DNA from: Chitinivibrionales bacterium
Lineage (GTDB): Bacteria; Fibrobacterota; Chitinivibrionia; Chitinivibrionales; WJKA01
Direction: 5' to 3'
DNA length: 64,000 nucleotides
Assembly (NCBI GenBank): GCA_038247415.1
Contig: JBBRUX010000003.1
Location: 74,013 to 138,012 of the forward strand
Below are positions 57,945-64,000 of this stretch, in pieces. Position 1 is the first letter of the stretch. Every line of letters starts with the position of its first letter. The notes beneath the pieces are model-generated. The model saw nothing but the letters and a program-made list of their open reading frames with translations, was not told the origin of the DNA and searched no databases. The translations under genes and the position numbers were made by a program.

Positions 57945-59200
57945 GCCAGGAAAAAGAACGCCGATTGATACACGATAAGGAGTAAGCCAACACGCAGTGC
58001 AACCTTATTCGTTAATACTGCCTCTGATCTGGAAGAAATGCCTAGTAGAGCCACAAGAATTATGGGGATCAACGCTGGCAGAAGAAATCTTCCTTCTGGT
58101 TCTCCCCATGTTGCATTAAGTTTGATATAGCCGGCAATTGTTATTGCGAGAATTCCCCAGCATATCACATATGAGAGAGAATAAAGACGATCTTTGATTG
58201 TCTTCACAACTGCAAAAAGTGTGATAGTTGCTATCCCAATTATTCCTACTAGTACGAGAATCTTCCAGATCACGGATGATGCAATGTGCTGCATGGGGAA
58301 TATGAAAAAACGTGTTGTTGCATAAAGAAGATGTGCAAACCAGCTCAAGGAGTGGTGGATCGAGTCTGGTTCGCCAAAACCAATAGTGAGAGCAAGAATT
58401 GAATCGTAAAGCGTGTAATTGCGGAAATACCATGGAAATGCCAGTACACTTCCGACAAGTGCGATAAGCACCGCGCCAATTAGGTAACGAAAATCTTTTC
58501 TATAAAGTCCTAAAGAAGCAACTACAGCAATTGCAAGAATAAAAAATGGAAGCATTGAACTTTTAGTTAAAAGGCTGGCGCCGCACAAAAAACCACAGAT
58601 AAGAGAAGTTTTAATGAGTTTAATTGTTGTCCATTGAGGTTGTTGTGCAAGTATAATAAGGATATACGTTAATAACGAAGCCAGAAACCAAGAGAGTGAA
58701 TCGTTACTTACAAGTGAGCTGAAATAAGCATGTACAAGCATGAACGTAGCAAAAAGAGCCCCCGCAACACCGTATGATGTTGATCTGGTAATGCGCTTTA
58801 TGGTGAGGCCAGTTAGTACAATTGTCGCGAGTCCCAAAAGGCAAGAAAACGCACGGCACCACAAAAGCCCTGCCCGTTCAGACGGGCATATCGAGGTTAT
58901 CACGCTTCCAATGCAATAATAAAGTGGCGGTTGGTAGTATTCAAAATCACCCCTCAGAAAGGATCCTGTGTCTTTTACCGAATGCGTTTGTACAGGGAAC
59001 GATTTGTGATCTTTTAAATAGAGGATGTAATTGAAATGAGCAGGCTCATCGTTGAGCCCTTCTAGGCGATGTGAAACTGTTTGGCCGTAGGGAAGCGCAA
59101 AGATCAACCAGATGCGAAAGGCGATGCCGATTGCAAAAAGTACGATAATAGCAAACTGATATTTTGATAGTAAAGTATTGTTGTGAATTGGTGCGTTCAA
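57941..59200 (-). CDS. GT-C fold membrane glycosyltransferase (ArnT/PMT-like)
   Basis: DEPAH..Y, YQPPLYY, VSND, many TMs, WYFRN..LY, EGRFLLP. Confidence 0.75.
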   Translation of the reverse strand: MNAPIHNNTLLSKYQFAIIVLFAIGIAFRIWLIFALPYGQTVSHRLEGLNDEPAHFNYILYLKDHKSFPVQTHSVKDTGSFLRGDFEYYQPPLYYCIGSVITSICPSERAGLLWCRAFSCLLGLATIVLTGLTIKRITRSTSYGVAGALFATFMLVHAYFSSLVSNDSLSWFLASLLTYILIILAQQPQWTTIKLIKTSLICGFLCGASLLTKSSMLPFFILAIAVVASLGLYRKDFRYLIGAVLIALVGSVLAFPWYFRNYTLYDSILALTIGFGEPDSIHHSLSWFAHLLYATTRFFIFPMQHIASSVIWKILVLVGIIGIATITLFAVVKTIKDRLYSLSYVICWGILAITIAGYIKLNATWGEPEGRFLLPALIPIILVALLGISSRSEAVLTNKVALRVGLLLIVYQSAFFFLA

Positions 59201-59317
59201 GTGCAGTTCCTTTGTTTTATTAAAGATAAAATAGCATCAATCCTACATTCGCATACGAAATCGGTTATTTTGTTAATGCAAAGCGCTCAATGCACATGAA
59301 TCATTTTCCGGAAAAAT

Positions 59318-60733
59318 ATGAATATACCTCATCTTTTAAAGAGCAAAGCTGCCTTCAATTTTCTTTCGCTCACAGCTATGCGTGCTTGCACAGCGCTTTT
59401 TGCATTTATTCTTTTTGTTGCAGTTGCCCGAACATACGGACAATCTGGCTTAGGCTCATTTTCTACCGTGCTCAACCTGTTTCTCATTTTTCAGACACTG
59501 CCTTTAATTGGCATGGGGATGTTTGTAATTCGCGATCTGGCGCAAAACCCAAGTCAGGAACGTCAGTATCGAACTTCCATGACTCTTATTTCGTTAACCG
59601 TGGCGTGCTGTATTGCGTTGGGGCTTATTCTCTTTGCATATTTTTCATACGCTCCATCATTTCTTTTTCCGGTAGCCCTTGTAGGATTTTCAATTGTGCT
59701 GGGGGCACCTGCGGTTGTCGATGAGGCAATTTTGGTCGCATGTCAACGCATGGGAACCACATCAATCATCATTGCTTCAGAATCTGCGCTCCGTACTCTC
59801 GGGTGCTTGCTGGTCGTGCACAATGGGTATCATCAAGAGTGGCTGTTTCTCGTGTTTGCTGTTTCTCGTTTGGGTTCAACGGTTGCTTATCAGATAATTC
59901 TTTCAGGTCGCTTTGATAGTATAAGTTGGTCTCACATTATCAACCTTCTTAAGGCAAGTCCTGCATATCTTGGCATTGTAGTTTTTGGCGCGTGCATGCT
60001 TCGACTTGACAATACATTCTTATCGCTTCTGGGGAGTATGGAGGCTGTTGGTATCTATAGCGCTGCGTATAAGCTTTTTGAAATGTTTCTTTCTGTGGTA
60101 GTTATAGGGGTAATGGCTTTGTTTCCCATGGTTGCACAGAAATTTACAGTAGACAATGTATCGTATAAAAGATTTGTACACTCTTTCTTGCTGATCCTGA
60201 TTGTAGGGATACCCATTGCACTTATTCTTGCAACCATTGCCCCGTTTCTCATGAGCACTGTTTATTCTTCTAAGTATGCTGACAGTGCTCCGGTTTTTGC
60301 AATTCTTACCATAACGCTTGTGGCTTATACTCTTGACAGGGTGTTTTCTTTGATTGTTCATTCTGCAAAAAAACCTTTTCTTGATACGATGGCATTTGCT
60401 GTGGGTGCAGGGTTGTTTGCACTGCTCTTGTGGATGATGATCCCTGCTTGGGGTGTACAAGGCGCTGCATGGGCATCTGCATTGGCGCAGCTCTGCGTCC
60501 TTGCCATACGCCATTATCAGATTAAAAAGGTTTTTGGGTGGGATGGTTTTTTTAAAAAGTCAAGTAAAATTGCCATTGCAGGGGTGTTTGCATTGTTAGT
60601 TTTTATCTGGATAGGTTTTTCTGAAAAACCACTGGTATCTTTACTTTGTGCATTGGGAACATATTGCGTTCTTTTAGCATTGCTTCGCGAGAGCCTTTTT
60701 TTAAGCGTTTTTACGAAGGCGCAACGCTCATGA
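59318..60733 (+). CDS. Wzx-type oligosaccharide flippase
   Basis: About 12-14 TMs, AR..G...LG.F, VGIYSAAYKL, G..GAAWA. Confidence 0.85.
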   Translation: MNIPHLLKSKAAFNFLSLTAMRACTALFAFILFVAVARTYGQSGLGSFSTVLNLFLIFQTLPLIGMGMFVIRDLAQNPSQERQYRTSMTLISLTVACCIALGLILFAYFSYAPSFLFPVALVGFSIVLGAPAVVDEAILVACQRMGTTSIIIASESALRTLGCLLVVHNGYHQEWLFLVFAVSRLGSTVAYQIILSGRFDSISWSHIINLLKASPAYLGIVVFGACMLRLDNTFLSLLGSMEAVGIYSAAYKLFEMFLSVVVIGVMALFPMVAQKFTVDNVSYKRFVHSFLLILIVGIPIALILATIAPFLMSTVYSSKYADSAPVFAILTITLVAYTLDRVFSLIVHSAKKPFLDTMAFAVGAGLFALLLWMMIPAWGVQGAAWASALAQLCVLAIRHYQIKKVFGWDGFFKKSSKIAIAGVFALLVFIWIGFSEKPLVSLLCALGTYCVLLALLRESLFLSVFTKAQRS

Positions 60734-60735
60734 TA

Positions 60736-61860
60736 TTATAGCCCCAGATTGCGCATAGCTGCGAAAACAGTATCCGGCATATTTGCGGCAATGGGGGAGC
60801 CATCTTTCCATTCTGTATACGGGAATGTCATGGGTTGGTTTGCCGAAATAACAATGGTAGATGAATTCAGGGGCGCAAAACACTGAGGATTTGATGTGCC
60901 AAAAAGGATGACCATTGCTTTTTTTAATGCCCACCCCGCGTGCATCATGAAACTGTCATGACATACTATTATTTTTGATTGATTAATAAGAATTTCAAGT
61001 TCTATAAATGTTGGGCATTGTACAGTTATGTTTGGAGCCATATCATTTTTTAGTTCATTCAGGTCTTGGATATCGCCAGGGCCACCAATACAACATATCG
61101 AGAGATTCTGGTTTTCGCCGTGAACAAGGTTAATTAATTGTTTAAAGTGAAGAAGCGGCCATTTACGTGCAGGATTTGATGCGCCACTATGAATAATAAC
61201 ATCAAACGCTGGCAATGAGGGTGCTGCGTTTTTAGATTGCTTAGGCCATAGCGGTTGAGATTGACTGATAGTATTTTTTGTGTTGCACAAGGAACTGGCT
61301 AAATAATAGTCTTTGTACATCTGATGCAGGATTGATGAAGGTGTTGTATAAGACTGTGAGCATGCAAAAGCAGCTCCAAATGACGAATGCGAATATCGGT
61401 ACGGAATCGCTGCGAGAAGTCCTAAAATAACACCACGCGGGTCACCTTGAAAATCGATAAATATTTTGTAGCGGCGTGCGCGAAGTTTTATGGCCGTGTC
61501 AATATAAAATCGTGTTGCTTTGAGCAGAGATTGTTGGGTGAGCCACGGCGGATCAAGTGCAATGCACTCGTTGAACCATCCGGAATTGGAAACGAGCTCA
61601 CAGCCACTGCGCGAGGTAACAAGATCTATTTTATACGATGGATATTTTTCTTTAATGAGTTCTATTGCAGGGGAGAGTAGTAGTAAATCTCCCAAACGAT
61701 AGCCATCCTGAATGAGAATGGCTTCTTTGCAACGTTGAAAGGGTTTTAGGCTTAAAAGAGCGCCAAGAATTTTGCCGGGGATCCAGAGAACTGTACCCAT
61801 CAATCTGGATAGACCAATTCTCGTTTGGCGGTATGGCGTAGAACCGTGTAAGTTAGGCAT
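60736..61860 (-). CDS. Glycosyltransferase family 9 (heptosyltransferase-like)
   Basis: RLGDLLL..P, HSGAS...RKWP, CHDS..MH, LFG.S.P. Start uncertain (61860; ORF track gives 61926). Confidence 0.85.
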   Translation of the reverse strand: MPNLHGSTPYRQTRIGLSRLMGTVLWIPGKILGALLSLKPFQRCKEAILIQDGYRLGDLLLLSPAIELIKEKYPSYKIDLVTSRSGCELVSNSGWFNECIALDPPWLTQQSLLKATRFYIDTAIKLRARRYKIFIDFQGDPRGVILGLLAAIPYRYSHSSFGAAFACSQSYTTPSSILHQMYKDYYLASSLCNTKNTISQSQPLWPKQSKNAAPSLPAFDVIIHSGASNPARKWPLLHFKQLINLVHGENQNLSICCIGGPGDIQDLNELKNDMAPNITVQCPTFIELEILINQSKIIVCHDSFMMHAGWALKKAMVILFGTSNPQCFAPLNSSTIVISANQPMTFPYTEWKDGSPIAANMPDTVFAAMRNLGL

Positions 61861-61913
61861 AGTAGAAAATAGAGTCTGGAATACCAGTCGTCCAATCAAG
61901 TGAGTTAAATTAT

Positions 61914-63101
61914 ATGCGCATAGCAATTGTAACCCATCAATTTCCTCCTTCTATTGGGGGAATGCAGCAATGGAATCATCAAATGGCTCGGGCATATGCT
62001 TTGGCTGGCCATAGTGTGGATGTGTACCATTTCAAGCTTGGACAAAAAGAACATTCAGATCCTCTGTATGCCTATCATGGGATCGTTGTTGACCCAGAAG
62101 TCGATGTAGAAAAATGCGGGAAGCATACGTACACGCCTTGGTTTCTTCTCCAATGTATTTATCGGGCTATCAAACTTATTCCCCGATTATATAAGGTTGA
62201 TGTTGTTCAGGTTTGCTTTGGTGAGCCCGTAGTGCTGAAACTTCTTATCTTTGTGTTCTCCTTTTTTTGCCGATTCAAAATTCTCATGGTTTCCGGGTGC
62301 GTGATTTTCCGGCATCCTTATAAAAATGCCCTTACAAAAAAGGCAATGTTTGCCCTTTCGAGAATGCTTATCAGGCGAAGCCGTATGATGCTTGTGGATG
62401 GAATTGACATCAAAAAAGAAATTTTGGAGCAGGGTGTATCAAACGTTCCTATCCATGTTTGCTACGCGGGGATAGATTGCACTCTGTTTGCTCCTTCTGC
62501 AAAAGCTACTAATCTTGCTGTTTTTGCTCGGGAAAATAATCTTCCAATTCCTAGCCAGAATCCAACTATTCTCTATTGTGCGCGATTCTCTTATGAAAAT
62601 GATCCACTTGCTTTTGTAAATATTGTGAGGAACATGGAACATGTTTCTCCTATCATGATAGGAGATGGCCCGCTTATGCCCGATGTACTGCAGGCTGCAA
62701 AAAATACTATTAATCCTATTTGTTTCTGGGGAAGTATGCCCTATACGCTTCTCCCACAGATTTACAGTTCAGTTGCCATCTGCTGCTATCCGTATACCCG
62801 CTTTATTGGGGGAATCAGCCAAGTTATACCTCTTTCTATGGCATGCGGTGCACTAGTCATTACAACTAATATCGGCGATAATAACTCCTTGATACAGCAT
62901 GGAGTAAATGGCTTTTTGGTTAAGGAAGGGGATCTTCAAGGGATGCAAGTGCTCATTGAAAAAATTCTCTTTGGATCGCTTAAAGAACAAGCGAATACAA
63001 TAAGAATCGCTGCCAGAAGGACGATTTGCGATAATTGGAGTCTCGCGGCGAGGGATGAGATGTATGGGGAGATTTTAAGGGGGATTGGTTTGAGGATCTG
63101 A
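61914..63101 (+). CDS. Glycosyltransferase family 4
   Basis: MRIAIVT..FPP.IGG, IGDGPL, SMACG..VITT..G, GVNGFLV. Confidence 0.85.
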   Translation: MRIAIVTHQFPPSIGGMQQWNHQMARAYALAGHSVDVYHFKLGQKEHSDPLYAYHGIVVDPEVDVEKCGKHTYTPWFLLQCIYRAIKLIPRLYKVDVVQVCFGEPVVLKLLIFVFSFFCRFKILMVSGCVIFRHPYKNALTKKAMFALSRMLIRRSRMMLVDGIDIKKEILEQGVSNVPIHVCYAGIDCTLFAPSAKATNLAVFARENNLPIPSQNPTILYCARFSYENDPLAFVNIVRNMEHVSPIMIGDGPLMPDVLQAAKNTINPICFWGSMPYTLLPQIYSSVAICCYPYTRFIGGISQVIPLSMACGALVITTNIGDNNSLIQHGVNGFLVKEGDLQGMQVLIEKILFGSLKEQANTIRIAARRTICDNWSLAARDEMYGEILRGIGLRI

Positions 63102-63174
63102 AAATTGGTTAACGCGATGATAAAAAAAGCATATTTCTTTTACGAGGAACTCAACATAGCAAAGGAATTCTTAA

Positions 63175-63807
63175 GTGGATATTTCTCTTTTTAAAAAAAG
63201 TCTTTTAAATTATTTTGACCAAAACTGCTTTAAGTCTTGGATATTTTTAATGGCCATTTTTTATGGCACGCTTTTTATTGGTACTCATTTTTTAACGATT
63301 CCGCCGTGGGGAGATGAATTTCATTTTTTGGAAACTGTTCGTCTCTTTAAGACGTCTTTTTCGTTGAATACACTACAAACCTATAATGAGATGAACCCGC
63401 CCTTAAGTTATGGCCTTTTTGCGTTAGTAGGTGCCTGTGTTGGTGACCAACTTTGGATTTACAGATTAGTAACAGTTACTTGTGGAATAATTTTTTATTG
63501 GTTCCTTTTGAAGCTTTTTATAAAGATTTCTGGCCGTAAAGATATTTCTCTTATAGCGCTGATTTTAGTATTATTGAATCCCTATATTTGGGGGCTTAGT
63601 GTTTTTGTTTTTAATGATATCCCTGGATTGATGTTTTTGGCAATTTCTATAAATGCACTACTTGACAAAAGATTTTTTATTTTTTGTTTGGCAAGCGCAG
63701 CTGTAATGCTATGCCGCCAATATAATGCGTTTTTGCCAGCGGCGCTGACCTTGTGGGCTATCATAACTCCTAGCCCGACTTTCGCACCCGTGCGTGTAAG
63801 TTGTTGA
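63175..63807 (+). pseudogene. GT-C-type membrane glycosyltransferase truncated by an IS insertion
   Basis: WGDEFHF, PPL, multi-TM; the frame runs into an IS terminal repeat at about 63774 and stops. Confidence 0.65.
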
Positions 63808-64000
63808 TTTTGCTCATACTATTTTTTGGGGGCACTACAAATTTCACTTTTTTGCAGGGGTGATATGTACATGCCAAGTAGGAAGTTTGTTCCAATTTAC
63901 CCCAAGCACATTATAAATTGCCTTCTGCGATTCATCAGGATTCCCTGCTTTTCGTATTCGGTGAATGTCTCCGTCAACCTCTGGGATAATCATTGTTGTA
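63774..64000 (-). mobile_element. IS1634-like insertion sequence, right end (continues beyond the window)
   Basis: Terminal CCCGACTTTCGCAC after CTAG; transposase-like C-terminus on the minus strand. Confidence 0.65.
63844..63999 (-). CDS. IS1634-like transposase, C-terminal fragment
   Basis: TTMIIPEVDGDIHRIRKAGNPDESQKAIYNVLGVNW...K*, matching the T...P...G....IRK...P...Q..IY..LG tail as recalled for this family. Confidence 0.6.
   Translation of the reverse strand, partial: TTMIIPEVDGDIHRIRKAGNPDESQKAIYNVLGVNWNKLPTWHVHITPAKK

Overview
A 64 kb bacterial chromosome segment, most likely from an anaerobe of the Fibrobacterota/Chitinivibrionales type. This is an inference from the PEGA-domain proteins, TAT(A/T)TT -10 boxes and gene content. 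The housekeeping backbone carries mtnA, queH, alr, hisI, proA, yajC, def, queA, ptsI and five tRNAs (Arg-CCG, Phe-GAA, Pro-GGG, Glu-TTC, Ser-GCT). The accessory or unusual parts are: (1) an integrase-less 1.9 kb islet at tRNA-Pro, bounded by a perfect 54-bp direct repeat and carrying a TIGR04255 / small protein / frameshifted MazF-like triplet; (2) a 1446-aa PlsA/Ger-like activase-reductase divergent from a tightly coupled lipid operon (transglutaminase-like, PlsC-like, FabZ/FabA-like, Fe-S flavoprotein-SCP2); (3) a degenerate glycogen phosphorylase overlapping PTS enzyme I; (4) an AT-rich islet with a triple-lesion PHP-ATPase (TrlF/Ppl-like) pseudogene and an intact AlbA_2/Schlafen gene; (5) an isolated tssK-tssL-tssM T6SS module facing a PEGA protein and a Ser/Thr kinase; (6) a sigma54 operon with a recognisable -24/-12 promoter and palindromic enhancer; (7) a long nested stem-loop element and an 11-bp tandem repeat after tRNA-Phe; (8) a surface-glycan cluster whose last gene is cut by an IS1634-like element at the window edge. 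All family assignments come from motif recognition by eye; no database searches were run.
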